Source of the DNA: Dendrobates tinctorius
Lineage: Eukaryota
Direction: 5' to 3'
DNA: 64,000 nt
Assembly (NCBI RefSeq): GCF_039654945.1
Contig: NW_027361840.1
Span: 3,038,001 to 3,102,000 of the forward strand
The notes below the pieces were generated by a model. That model worked only from the letters and a program-made list of their open reading frames with translations, was not told the origin of the DNA and did not search any database. The translations under genes and the position numbers were made by a program. Positions 50,350-64,000 of this stretch are shown here, one piece after another (positions within the stretch are counted from its first letter, which is position 1; every line of letters begins with the position of its first letter).

Positions 50350-52580
50350 TTTTTTTTTAATGTAAAATCTCGGGGAATTTGCATGATCTACTTGATGTAA
50401 AAATTCGGGGAATTCGTGTGCCAATTTTAGATTGTGATTTTAGATTATTTGCCGATGTTAGCTAAATTTGAAGGGCATAAAAAGCCGTATTTAAAATCGT
50501 GATATGGCTGCTGGGCAGCTCCTTTATCGGGGTAAAGGCTTAGCCAGGGGTCTATGGCGGTTACGCCCGCCGGGATTGTGCCTCGCAATTGCTCCGTTTG
50601 CTTTGAGGGTACACCTTGATGCAGGATGTCCTTGAATGTAACGATGGTAGCTGCGCAATTGATTTTGCTTCAGTAATAGATGTGTCGTTAGGCATTGTAA
50701 ATTTTTTTTTTTTTTAGTAGCTGTCTTTCTCAGTATTGATTCATTATCGATTTATCAACATTCACCAATATGTGTCACAGTAAGAGTGATACCTGAGCTG
50801 GTGTACTCCAACTCCTTGATCCGTATTCCGCTTTTATATGTGAGATACATACAGTACTCCGCTGAGTCCACACCAGGGACTCTTACATATACTCCGCTGA
50901 GTCCACTTTAGGGACTCTTACTCCATTTAACGGGGGTAAAACCTGTAATCAAATCCATAATATATCCGCTGAGCAGCTTGTAAGAGCTTCATTTGCTTGG
51001 CGGGTACACCATGATGTAGGGTGTCCGCGTCCACAGGATGAGCATCCATGTTTATATTTACCACGTAAATCAGCAGTATCCTTCGTTAAATAGTAAGCGG
51101 GCCCCTGGTCCACGTGCGACCGTTGAGTCATGGAGTAATTAGTGGTCGTGTATGAATAAAGGGGGGGGCTGCTTTTGAGCCATCATCAATCGTAGCCAAA
51201 CATCTGTGGCTTTTACTCCCAAGCCTAGATTGGGCTGTAGGGCCAAACGCTTGCGGAACTCCTCATACCGCCACCAGGCGAAAACACCATCGTTATTTTG
51301 TGAGTGATTTTTAACATGTAGATCGCTGGGATGAGAATACTCCACTTTTTGACTCTGGCCGAGGAGTGACTCCAGGTGATGGAGGAACTCCGGCTCCTGC
51401 TGTATCGTTGTTTGAGGTCCGGTGTCTGCAGTGACCAGAAACCCGGGGAGTGTGGGATAGATCTCCAAGGTTGACAGGCCAGTGAGGAGCACGTGACGTC
51501 TGATCCCTGTCGTGTGCCCGAGCCTGAGTTTCTCATGATGGGGGGGACTCCGGGGTTTTCTGGTGGTTGGACCGGCTGGTCCCCCTGGGTGAAGATCCCC
51601 TCTGGCTGTCAGGCATTGATGTAGCATGAGCGGTTCTTAGAGGGATAGTGGGAATGGTGACGGGAGTCGTCTGAGGAGGAGCGGGAGGTCATGCGGCGTA
51701 TACGCCTGGGACCACTGCTACTATGGGGAGTGATGTTACCCCCTTCGCCCGTTGTGGCTAAGGGCATAATTGATAACGTGCTTTTTTGCACGGTGGGGTA
51801 TTTTTATTTATTTATTTATTTTTTTGAAAGGGTCATTGTGGGGGTTGGCGGAGTGTACTGTGTGGTTGGAGTGCTTGTTACGTTTTGTGTTTTGACATAC
51901 TGTATATGCGGCAGAGCACATTGAACGGTCGGGTCGGACCGGACAGCGTGCTCTGCAGCAGCCTTTTGGGTTCTGACACCTGACCCCAAGTCTTCCCGAG
52001 CAAGCGGTGCAGCGTCGCCTGCCAGAGATGCTGCGGGTCAGGTGTGGGGTTAGGGTAGAATTTGTGGGGGGGAGTCCCATGCAATGTCAGCGTTTGGGGG
52101 GGCACAATCGTCTCATGGACTGGGAGCCAGACGGGTGTCCTGGTCTCCCAACGCTTGTGGAGCTCAGGCCTGGCCAATCTGTAGCACAGGAAGAGCTCCC
52201 TGCAGACAGGTGGGGCTATCCCGTGCCTGCTGCCAGGAAGTGGGCGGAGCGCGGGTGATGATGACAGGAAGTGGGTGGAGCTATTGTGGGCCGATGACAG
52301 GAAGTGGGAGGAGCTATTGCGGGCCAGATGATGGGACGTGGGCGGAGCTATCACAGGCCCGATGACAGGAAGTGGGCGTCGCTATCACGCGCCCGCTCTC
52401 AGGAAGTGGGCAGTCTGAGAGTTCCGGAGCTGCAGCGTGTTCAGGCCCGGCTCCCGACCAACCGGAAGTGGGCGGGACATGTCCGGGCCTCAGCGCGACA
52501 CCAGGAGAAGTCGCGGAGGCCCGATCCTAGGCGAGTGGAGCGCAACGCCGGCAGAGGAATAATGTGCGCAGGGCACATGC
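50350..52580 (-). mobile_element. Ngaro/DIRS-type remnant, copy 2
   Basis: Collinear homology to 34570-36750; ORF 51139-51627 contains AWWRYEEFRKRLALQPNLGLGVKATDVWLRLMMAQK. The right boundary is approximate. Confidence 0.78.
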
Positions 52581-52583
52581 TCC

Positions 52584-53611
52584 TGGGTCGCCCTCCCAGG
52601 GCTGTGGGGTACTCGGTACCAGGCCGGTATCTCAGAGGGGGATGTCACAGCAGCGGTGACCCGGTCCGTGGCCCTAGACGCCCATGTAAAAGGGGTTGAG
52701 TGATGGAAATAGAGTTTATGAGTGATTCGTAACGCCACCTGTGGTGCTCGGCAATAAAGGTGTTAAGCTGATGCTGCCGGCAGATCCTCTGGGACAGATG
52801 GTGTAAGGCAGTAAGATGTAATAGCTCCCCACAGGTAGAGCTGTAGTCCCAGGGCAGTGAGGATAGGTGTTGAGGAGAAGGGTGTAGTGTCCGGCACAGA
52901 GATGTAGCAGTGCTGGAAAAGTTGCGGGAAGAAGGCAAGGACACAACAGGGTGCAGTTTCTTTACCTTTACTTTGCTTGGCAAAGGCAGTCCAGGGTCCA
53001 GATTACAGATGGCACAGGATCTGATTAGCCTGGAAGCAACTTAGGAATCTCTCTATCAGATGGGTTGTGTAGTCTCCTTTCTAGCGCTATCTTAGGTACT
53101 TGCAGTACTGTGTTACACTGAAGTTCCACTTGCTTGTTCTCTTTAGAACTCCCTCGTATGGCAGACAGCTGTAGCCTTCTATCTCCTCCGGCTCACACGT
53201 TGCTGTTGTGCCTCCGAGTCTTATGTGGGAACAGAGCATTTACAGCTTCCTATTCCTCCGGTGTCTGCTGCAGGAACGTCAGTATCTATACAACCTTGGA
53301 GACCGGGCTCCAGATCATGCGCTATAGCTGGGAATGAGCCTGAACTCTCTGCTCAATCTCCCAGCTCCTCTCCTCACGTCCACACACTTCGCCCTCCTCA
53401 CAGAACTGACTAATTTCCCCTTCCTGGCCCCCAGAGAGCATCTCTTCCCCTTGTTTTGGTTCAGAGCTCCCTCTGCTGGCCTGGAGTGGGAACTATGTTA
53501 TATGTAGTTATTAACTGCTAGAGAGACCGTTCATTGCTTCCAGGCATGACATCACACTCCCTAGGAGGAAGGTAATGCCACTGTGGCGACCATACTCCTG
53601 GGGGCGCCACA
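52584..53611. mobile_element. Solo LTR (~1.03 kb)
   Basis: Termini TGGGTCGCCC ... GGGCGCCACA (8/10 inverted match) and 4-bp TSD CTCC. Confidence 0.75.
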
Positions 53612-53749
53612 CTCCCGTGCACGGCGACGGCAACCGCAGCGGCCGACGCGATCGGGCTGGTGGATGGAGCGGCGGTGATGACCAGCCGCCGACGTGGATC
53701 TGCACCGGATGGTAGGAGGACCATGTCACCGTCATCAATGGGATTGCAC

Positions 53750-56700
53750 AAGAGCCAGGAGCAGACACAAGGTTTCCCCATTTTATGTTGAGTGGGGAAT
53801 TGTTGTACCGGGTCACGAAAATAAGGGAGGAGGTGGCAGAGCAGTTAATAGTACCAGGCCCCTATAGACAGAAAGTGTTGGACATGGCCCATTCACACAT
53901 CTTGGGGGGACACCTGGGGGTGGAAAAAACCCAGGAACGGATTGTACAGAGGTTCTATTGGCCTGGGTGTCACCGGGAAATAGTAAACTATTGCAGGTCC
54001 TGCCCGACATGTCAGTTAACTGCCCCCACATCTCATTTTCGGAACCCTCTTGTGCCACTGCCCATTATTGAGGTGCCATTTGAAAGAATTGCCATGGACT
54101 TGGTCGGTCCCTTAGTTAAATCAGCTTGGGGCCATCAGTATATATTAGTCATCCTGGACTATGCCACACGCTATCCTGAGGCTATTCCCCATGAGAAACT
54201 CCTCCGCGAAGAGTATAGCCCGCGAGCTGGTCCATGTGTTTTCCCGGACGGGTTTGCCGAAGGAGATCCTGACCGACCAGGGGACACCTTTTATGAGCAA
54301 GGTGATGAGAGAATTGTGCAGAGTCTTGCAAATTTCCCAGTTGAGGACTTCAGTGTACCATCAGCAGTCAGATGGCCTTGTTGAGAGGTTTAACAAGACA
54401 CTGAAGAGCATGCTGAGAAAAGTCATAGAGGAAGATGGTAGAGACTGGGATTGTCTCTTACCGTATTTACTGTTTTCTATCCGTGAAGTTCCCCAGGCCT
54501 CCACGGGGTTCTCGCCCTTCGAGCTTCTGTACGGCCGGCATCCGCGAGGTCTCCTAGATATAGCCAAGGAAACCTGGGAAGCCGAAGTCACGCCCCACAG
54601 AAGCGTCATTGAGCATGTGGCACTGATGCAGCAGAGGGTTGCGAAGGTGATGCCCATTGTTAAAGAACATCTCCGCCAGGCACAAGAGGCTCAGGCCAGG
54701 GTCTACAACCAGTCAGCCAGAGTGAGGCAATTCAATCCGGGAGACCGAGTTCTCGTGCTAATCCCGACGGTGGAAAGTAAGTTCTTGGCCAAGTGGCAAG
54801 GGCCATATGAGGTGGTGGAAAAGCTGGGAGACGTAAACTACAAGATCCACCAACCCGGAAGACGGAAGCCATACCAGGTTTACCATGTTAACCTTATCAA
54901 GCCGTGGCAAGATAGAGAGCCAGCGGTAACTCCGTGCTTGCTGGGTAGCCTAGAAGGGGAGGTTGGAGCCTTTACCATAGCGGAGACTCTATCGAAGGCC
55001 CAGAAACAGCAGTGCCGGGAGTTACTCCAGAAAAACAGCGACCTGTTCTCAGAGTTGCCGGGGTGCACAAAGGTGGTGGAGCACGAAATTCTGACCGAGG
55101 CACATGTGCGGGTGAACGTGAAACCATATCGTATTCCTGAGGCCCGGCGAGAGGTAATCTCCAAGGAGGTGCAGCGTATGTTGAAGCTCGGGGTCACTGA
55201 GGAATCCAAGAGCGGCTGGTCGAGCCCGATTGTCCTGGTCCCAAAACCTGATGGTGAATGGAGGTTCTGCAACGATTACCGGAAGCTGAATGAGGTCTCC
55301 AAGTTCGACGCTTATCCCATGCCACGCGTTGATGAGCTCATCGAGAGACTTGGACCTGCCAGGTACATAACCACTTTGGACCTGACAAAGGGATATTGGC
55401 AGATCCCCATGGCACAGGAAGCCAAAGAGAAGACGGCATTCTCCACACCAGACGGGTGCTTCCAGTATGTCCGGATGCCGTTTGGCCTACAGGGAGCCCC
55501 AGCAACCTTCCAGAGGGCGATGGATAGAATCCTTGCGCCTCATAAGCTATAAGCTGCCGCATACCTGGATGATATCGTCATCTTTACCCCGGACTGGGAG
55601 ACTGGAAAAGGTCCAAGCAGTATTTGACGCTCTAAGAGAGGCGGGGTTTACAATAAGCCCGAAGAAGTGTGCCTTGGGGAGAGAAGACGCCAAGTAACTC
55701 GGATATGTAGTGGGGCGTGGCGAGATCAAACCCCAAATCAATAAAGTGGAGGCAATTCAAACATGGCCGAGACCTCTGTCAAAGAAGCAAGTTAAAGCCT
55801 TCCTGGGGATTGTGGGATATTACAGGAGGTTCATCCCAAACTTTGCCACAATGGCTGCACCTCTAACTGATCTGCTTAAGGGGACAAAGTCAGTGATGGT
55901 CAGCTGGTCCGAAGAAGCAGAGTCAGCCTTCCAAGAAATGAAGGGAGCTCTTTGTAAGCAACCCGTTTTGGTGGCCCCAGACTTTAAACGTGAATTTGTC
56001 CTCCAGACAGATGCCTCAGATGTCGGGGTAGGAGCTGTCCTTTCCCAAGAGATACGTGGGGAGGAGCATCCTGTTCTCTACTTGAGTAGGAAGCTGACTT
56101 CTTGTGAGAGAAACTACTCAGTTGTAGAGGAGTGTTTGGCCATAAAATGGGCAGTGGACACATTACGGTACTACCTGGTGGGACGGAAGTTTAGGTTAAT
56201 ATCCGACCATGCCCCACTCAGGTGGATGAGGGAAACAAAGGGCAAGAATGCTAGGGTCACCCGCCGGTTCTTAGCCCTACAAGACTTCAGCTTCCATGTA
56301 GAGCATAGGGCCGGGAAGCTACATGGGAATGCCAATGCCCTCTCCAGAATTCCTTGCCTGGTAGGTGAAAGTGCCAAGCCCCACGGCTTTAGGCAGAGGG
56401 GGGAGGTATGTGGCAGGGCTAAGGGTCGTGTAATTGATGGGAGATATGTGGCTCATAAATGGCTTATCTCCGTAATGTAGGGCATAAGTAAAGCATACCA
56501 GATATTGTGATTGTTTTTGTTTGAAGGACCTGTGGTGAGGTCACAATCATGTGACCAGTCAGCTGCTGGGTTTGTGGGTGTGGCTACAGCCTTATAATGT
56601 TGCCTGCTCCTGAACCAGGGGGCTGTGTGTGGGGAGGACTAAGCCTCCCATGTGTGCTGAGATTCCTGGTCTGAGTCTACAACCACGGACATTAGTCTTC

Positions 56701-56835
56701 TTTTGCCTGAACTAAAGGTTCCTTTTTGGTGTTATGCCGCCTTGTGCGTTTATGACGTGAATAAACCGCATGGACTTTGGAAAAACCTGTCTCATATTTG
56801 TCTTCCGCTGCACCTAAGCGAGTCACATCCCTACA
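53750..56835 (+). mobile_element. 5'-truncated Gmr1-like Gypsy element (IN-RT-RH order) with PPT and 3' LTR (56409-56835)
   Basis: H2C2 + ERIAMDLVGPL integrase, GPY motif, then RT (FCNDYRKLN, LDLTKGYWQI, YLDD) and RNase H (QTDAS). PPT AGAGGGGGGAGG precedes a TGTGG...CTACA LTR with AATAAA at 56760. Confidence 0.92.
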
Positions 56836-59800
56836 GTGTAAATTTCCCAAGGGTCGGCTTTTCAACTTATCTGTACCCGAACATGATGCTATGCGATCCT
56901 ATATTAAGGAGTCGTTGGAGAAGGGTCATATTAGACCATCCTCGTCACCTTTGGGTGCTGGGGGTTTTTTTGTGGCCAAGAAAGATGGTTCATTAAGACC
57001 GTGTATTGATTATCGTTCCCTTAACAAGATGACGGTTAAATATCAGTACCCGTTAACTCTGATGTCTGATTTATTCTCCAGAGTTAAGAGTGCCTGCTGG
57101 GTTACTAAGCTTGACCTCAGGGGGGCTTATAATCTTATTTGCATCAAGCATGGGGATGAATGGAAGACGGCGTTTAATACTCCGGAGGGACATTTTGAGT
57201 ACCTGGTGATGCCTTTTGGGCTCTCCAATGCCCCTTCTGTCTTCCAGTGTTTTATGAATTATATTTTCTGAGACTTTGTGGATAAGTTTTTGATCATATA
57301 TCTGGATGATATTTTGATCTTTTCTAGTGATTGGGATTCCCATGTGGAACATGTCCGGACTGTGTTTCGGATTTTGAGGGAGAATTCCCTGTTTGTTAAG
57401 GGATCAAAATGTCTCTTTGGCGTACAGAGGATTTCATTTTTGGGATTTATCTTATCTCCATCGAGTATTGATGGACCCAGCCAAGGTACAGGCCATTTAT
57501 GATTGCCTGCAGCCTACTTCTTTGAAGGCTCTTCAGAAGTTTTTGGGTTTTGCTAATTTCTATCGTAAATTTATAGGTAATTTTTCTAGTATTGTCAAAC
57601 CACTGACTGATCTGACTAAGAAGGGAGTTGATGTGCTGAATTGGTCTCCTGAGGCTGTCTCAGCATTTCAGGAGCTTAAGCGGAGGTTTACTTCAGCTCC
57701 AGTTTTACGGCAACCTGATGTCTCACTTCCATTTCAAGTGGAGGTAGACGCTTCTGAGATTGGTGCAGGAGCTGTTTTGTCCCAAAAAGACCCTGTGACT
57801 TCTAAGATGAATCCCTGTGCCTTCTTTTCTCGAAAGTTCTCCCCATCTGAACGCAACTATGACTTGGGGAATCGGGAATTGTTGGCCATGAAATGGGCAT
57901 TTGAGGAGTGGAGAAATTGGTTGGAGGGAGCTAGACATCAATTTGTGGTCCTCACCGATCACAAGAATCTGACTTATCTGAAGTCCGCCAAACGCTTGAA
58001 TCCTAGACAGGCTAGATGGGCCTTGTGTTTCACGCGTTTTAACTTTGTGGTCTCTTTTCTTCCGGTCACTAAGAATGTTAAGGCAGACGCCCTTTCTAGG
58101 AGTTTCTTTGCTGATTCTCTTAATGTGTCCGAGCCTACTACTATCCTAGGTGAGGGGGCAGTTCTTTCTGCCATTTCGCCCGATTTGAGACGCGCCCTGG
58201 AGGAGTTTCAGGAGGATAAACCTGAGCGTTGCCCTATGGGAAGATTGTATGTTCCGGACCAGTGGAGAAAGAGAGTGATGTCTGAAGTCCATTGCTCCGC
58301 ATTTGCTTGTCATCCAGGTATTTTTGGTACCAGAGATTTGGTGAGTCGGTCGTTTTGGTGGCCTGCCTTATCTCGTGATGTCAGGAATTTTGTACAGTCC
58401 TGTGGGACTTGTTCTAGGTCTAAACCCTGTTCTCGTTCTAGTGGGTTGCTGATGCCCCTGCCAGTGCCCAAGAGGCCATGGACCCATATCTCAATGGATT
58501 TTATTTCTGATCTTCCTGTCTCTCAGAGAATGACTGTTATCTGGGTAATTTGTGATAGATTTTCGAAGGTCCATCTTGTACCACTCTCAAAATTGCCATC
58601 TTCCGCTGAGTTGGTACCCTTGTTTTTACAACAGGAGGTTCGGTTACACGGATTCCTGAGAACATTGTGTCCGATAGAGGGGTCCAGTTTGTTTCCAGAT
58701 TTTGGAAAGCCTTTTGTTCCAATCTGGGAATTCAGTTGTCCTTCTCCTCTGCGTTTCATCCCCAGACCAATGGACAGACTGAGAGAACAAACCAGACCCT
58801 GGAGTCTTATTTAAGATGTTTTATAGCTGCTGATCAAGATGATTGGGTCTCATTTTTGCCCTTGGCCGAATTTGCGCTGAACAATAGAGCTAGTTCTGCC
58901 ACCTTGATGTCACCCTTTTTCTGTAATTTTGGGTTTCATCCTCGATTCTCTTCAGGGCAAGTGGAATCTTCGTCCTGCCCAGGTGTGGACACTGTAGTTG
59001 TTAGAATGCAGCAGATATGGGACCAAGTGGTGGATAAATTGTCACTCTCTCAGGAAAAGGCCCAGCGTTTTTCCAACTGGCATAGGACCATTGGTCCCCG
59101 GTTTAAAGTGGGTGATATGGTTTGGTTGTCATCTAAGAATATTCCTATGAAGGTTGCATCTCCAAAATTTAAGCCAAGATTTATTAGACCTTATAGGATT
59201 TTGGAGATTCTTAATCCTGTTTCTTTTCGACTGGCTCTTCCAGTTACGTTCAAAATCCATAACGTATTTCACAAATCACTGTTAAAGAGGTTTGTTGAGC
59301 CAGTAGTTCCTGTGGTGGCACCTCCTGACCCTGTGTTGGTTAAAGGCAATATGGAATATGAGGTAGAGAAAATATTGGATTCTCATTTGGTTAGACGGAG
59401 ACTCCAGTATTTGATCAAATGGAAGGGTTATGGCCAGGAGGATAATTCTTGGGTCTCTGCCTCTGATATTCATGCCAATAAATTGGTTCGTGCTTTTCAC
59501 CGGGCCCATCCTGATCGGCCTGGTGGCTTGGATGAGGGTTCGATGACCCCTCCTCAAGGGGGGGTACTGTTATGAGCTCATTTTCTGCTCCACCAGTTGG
59601 GAGTTCCCCTTCCGTTCTCCCTCTGTTGGTGACAGGAGGTAGAGAGGTTGGCTTAAGTGGTAGTGATCTGCCACTTGGTGAGGAAGCTAACGATTGGATC
59701 TCTGGAGGATCTGAGTGGATATAAGACAGCCGACGCCCTATCCTATTGCTGGTGATTTAGTCTGCATCTCAGGTCTAGGACTCAGCTCTGTTCCAGTCTT

Positions 59801-60425
59801 CAAGAAAAGTTTGTTTTTTTGCTAATGTTCTCACTTGCTCTTGTTGGTCATTTCAGTTTTTGTGTGGTCAGCAAGTCCGGCTGGGCTGGTCTGGATTTTC
59901 ACGCTTATTTGCCAAATTGTCTTTTTTTTGTCGCTTATTAGATTGGCCTCTTTTTGCTCTGTCTCAAAATATTTCAGAGTGCTGATATAGTGGGAGATGT
60001 CTAGTGACTTCAGGGTTAATTTAGCTATCAGTTGTGTTGGACATTTTTGTAGGGTTTTTTGGCAGATCGCAGACAGTATCTTTCCTTTCCTATCCTTTCT
60101 AGTTAGTTTGGGCCCCATCGTTTGCTCAGCCTATTTTCCTGCCTGTGTTTGCTTTCATCTTGCTTCACCGTCAATACATGTGGGGGGTTGTCTTTCCTTT
60201 GGGGTCTGCTCTGGGGCAGTTAGTTTTTCTCTGTTCCAGCTTTAGGCTTATGTGGTTCTCCGGTTGTGACGAAGCATCTAGGAACAACGTAGGAACGCTC
60301 CACGACTGCTTCTAGTTGTGCTGTTAAGATTAGGGATCTGCAATCTGCATAGCTACCAACTTCTCTGGTTTTCTGAGACTTAGCTTGTTGTCTTGTTTTT
60401 CCTCCTCGGTGACACAATCATAACA
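56836..60425 (+). mobile_element. 5'-truncated chromodomain Ty3/Gypsy element C (RT-RH-IN-CHD, PPT, 3' LTR 59568-60425)
   Basis: PKGRLFNLS...YLDD RT, VDAS RNase H, integrase, and chromodomain YEVEKILDS...YLIKWKGYGQEDNSW; LTR with perfect TGTTATGA/TCATAACA ends. Confidence 0.93.
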
Positions 60426-60436
60426 GTACACTATGA

Positions 60437-60480
60437 CACGCCCCATGAGGAAGGAAATCTCCGAAATGCGCATCGGGGTG
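60437..60480 (+). ncRNA. Degenerate minimal hammerhead ribozyme (Penelope-type)
   Basis: Stem I GCCCC/GGGGT, core (A)TGAGGA, stem II GGA/TCC, GAAA, palindromic ATGCGCAT and ATC triplet. Confidence 0.55.
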
Positions 60481-62978
60481 GGCAGGAGGCAGCGTGGTGT
60501 CTGGAGTCTTGCTATCTGGTATGTCTATTACATTATCTCCTGATTATGCTGGGTAGATCTACAGCTATTTGAAATAATGGATGCTTATGTGGACTATGCA
60601 ATATTACTTTGCCATTTACCATATATATTCTTACTTGCATATGAGGTATATCATATATATTTCTCATATCGCTGCATAGATCCTTGCTATGGTGTTTTAC
60701 ATACATGCCTATTTATAACATCTAATTCACTCCAAGACTCTTTGTCTAACCGCCCGTATGGTGTATGCTGTTATAGTCCGTCACTTTTAGCCCTGTTTGT
60801 CACTGACCTCTGATATTTAATAGATAATTTTTTGGGGGGGCATTTTTGGACTACTCATTGCGGATTTTCTTTGTGGTTTGCTCTTTTTCCCAGTCATGTT
60901 GCTCAGATAGTATGGACGGAGCACAGTATCAGCAACAAAAAATAAGATTTTAAACTCTGCACCACCTCTGCAAACAGCTGAATTTCAGCGACAGTAAATT
61001 CAAAGTTGAAATATGCTGTGCTGTATCGTGTTAGTCACAGAAAGAAAAAATTGAGTGTGGATGAGGCCTGTATGTCAAAGAAGTTGTGCTAGAAACATTT
61101 TTAAAGTCAGGTCCCTTACTGTATGACGTTAGTAACAGAAAACATTTTTGTGGCCTATGGATCAGGCCTCAGTAATACACTAGATGCTACAAACTCTTTT
61201 AAAGTCATGTCCCCTATTGTATGACACTAGGAACAGATGAAATTTTGTGGCCTCTAGATCAGGCCTCTGTAACACACTCGATACTACAAGCTATTTTAAA
61301 TGAAAACGAAAACAACGCGGTCTTTAGGGAACGCTGAGGCAAAAAAGGGGGAACAATTAAAAAAAAGATAATTGCACAAACCTTTAATAAAATTCTCTGC
61401 AATCCACAACGCGTGGGATACGGCGGGTTGTCTTAACATTTTTGCAACTGAAAAATAATTTTTTTTAACGTGCCTTAGTCTTGCAGACAGGTTCATATCA
61501 TTGCCACAAAATGACAACTTGGGATACAGCAGGCTGTTTTACATTTGTCAACAGAAAAATAATAACTTTGTTTTTAATGTGCCTTAGGTCTGCAGTTTTC
61601 TATCACCACAGCACTAAATGACAAGGTGGGATACAGCAGGCTGCTTAATATTTTTTCACTAGCTACATGTGTATGAGAATGCTATACTCGTGCATGGAGC
61701 ACAATAGAAGCAGAGCACAACATACTTGTAGGACATGTGCCCTGCCGGCTTTCTTTGTGGAGCTCGGTAATGTCGAAAAAAGAAAAAAATAGGTGGAAGG
61801 TAAATTTAACAGCCACACTGGACAGTAGCTACCGACAGTATCTGACTGATATACAACCGCCTAACTAACTAAAGGTGGCAGCATCAGGAGCAGCCTCTGC
61901 GCTGTTACAGGGCCAAAATGGCACTAAAACAAATTATCTGCTATTTATACAGAGAGGGACATGTGATTTCAGCAGCCAATGGTACAAGCCGTTGTGTCAG
62001 GACATTGTGGGTGTTTCCTGCGCCCTGATTGGATAGCTGTAATGTGCACACAGAAAGTTAGAGAAACAAAAAAGAGACTGTTGTGCTTACAAGAACGCCG
62101 CGCCTCTGAGCTCTGCAACCCCCCCTCATCACACGTGCCAAACGCTCATCATACACCACCAATATCATTGCTAAAGTGCTGAAAATATTTTTGTGGCAAA
62201 GCAAACATTTTCCGGCACTTGTGCAGAATGTTACCAATTTTTTCCCGATTTTATAAAATTTTGCTTGTGTTTCCGATCACGAATACGAATGTGCCATATT
62301 CGTGCCAAATTTATGTTTGGTGATCGATTTCCAAACAAATTTGCTCATCACTAGATATAACCACAGTGCATGGAGGAGAGCACAGGCTCAGATTTATCTC
62401 TCCCGACTGTAAGAAGCTTCACGCCTTTGTAGAGGTGATTATATGGAGAAAGATGTCCCCTCAGCATTGACTGGGATCGATTCTGGGAGTAGTAGTGCTT
62501 CCCACCGCTCCCTGGACTAGACAGGACTAGGTTGTCCCACCTTACAGGAAGTGTCAGCACTGAGCGTGGAGGCTTCTCCCTGTTTCTATGGCGGCTTCTG
62601 GGGGGAGACTGAATATATAGCGTTCATATGCACACATCAGCCAGTAAATGGCAGCAGAGTGCACCGCCCAATGCACATTAATCAGTCCGCAGTGCGCGCA
62701 CGTACACTGCATTATACATCTCCTGATTCTCAGCGCGCACAGTAATTCTGGCGCAATGGAGCATTAATACTGCCACACGGCAACCATTTCACTCTGCAGT
62801 AGTACAATGGGTGGCAGGATTCCACACTGAACAACAATGAACATTAGTAGAAATGATTGATTATTCTGTCTTCACCCCAAGTAAATGACACTTCTGTCAG
62901 TCAATAATAGTTCTGCTGCTTACTTTGCAATTTGTATGGGATTTTTTTCCCCAATTTATTATATTAAGATATATTTAA

Positions 62979-64000
<1,022 letters not shown>

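Larger units (their letters stand above)
44108..62353 (-). mobile_element. hAT DNA transposon expanded to ~18.2 kb by nested insertions
   Basis: TIRs TAGAGATGAGCGAA / TTTGCTCATCACTA, 8-bp TSD GATGTAAC / GATATAAC (7/8), and an internal hAT transposase pseudogene. Confidence 0.8.

Noticed and set aside
56777-57271. ORF with a novel N-terminus fused to RT
   Set aside because: It is chance read-through from the Gmr1-like LTR into the truncated RT of element C.

Overview
This is eukaryotic DNA, most likely from an anuran frog (inferred from the repeat families and the zinc-finger exon), and it is almost entirely repetitive. (1) Positions 1-474 are the 3' end (PPT + LTR) of a retrovirus-like element that truncates a MITE copy. 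(2) 742-17424 is a ~17 kb purine-rich satellite with a 32/35/36-bp monomer, punctuated by eight copies of one 277-bp PIF/Harbinger-type MITE at the same monomer position, giving 1.7-2.7 kb higher-order units. The monomer appears to derive from the C-terminal coding end of a Tc1 transposase, and the array runs straight into that Tc1's stop codon, 3' UTR and right TIR. (3) 18.9-62.4 kb is a nested transposon pile. It holds three chromodomain Ty3/Gypsy (sushi/PEG10-like) elements, one with a Tf1-type self-priming signature, and two Gmr1-like (IN-before-RT) Gypsy remnants. It also holds a Penelope-like element, degenerate hammerhead ribozymes, two Ngaro/DIRS remnants, an apparently intact DD36E (Incomer-type) Tc1 element, solo LTRs, MITEs, and an 18-kb hAT element swollen by nested insertions. 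(4) 63031-64000 is the open terminal exon of a C2H2 zinc-finger gene with near-identical 84-bp fingers that vary mainly at DNA-contact residues. No CRISPR, rRNA or tRNA genes were seen, and the long ORFs in the first 17 kb are repeat artefacts. All calls were made by eye, without database searches.
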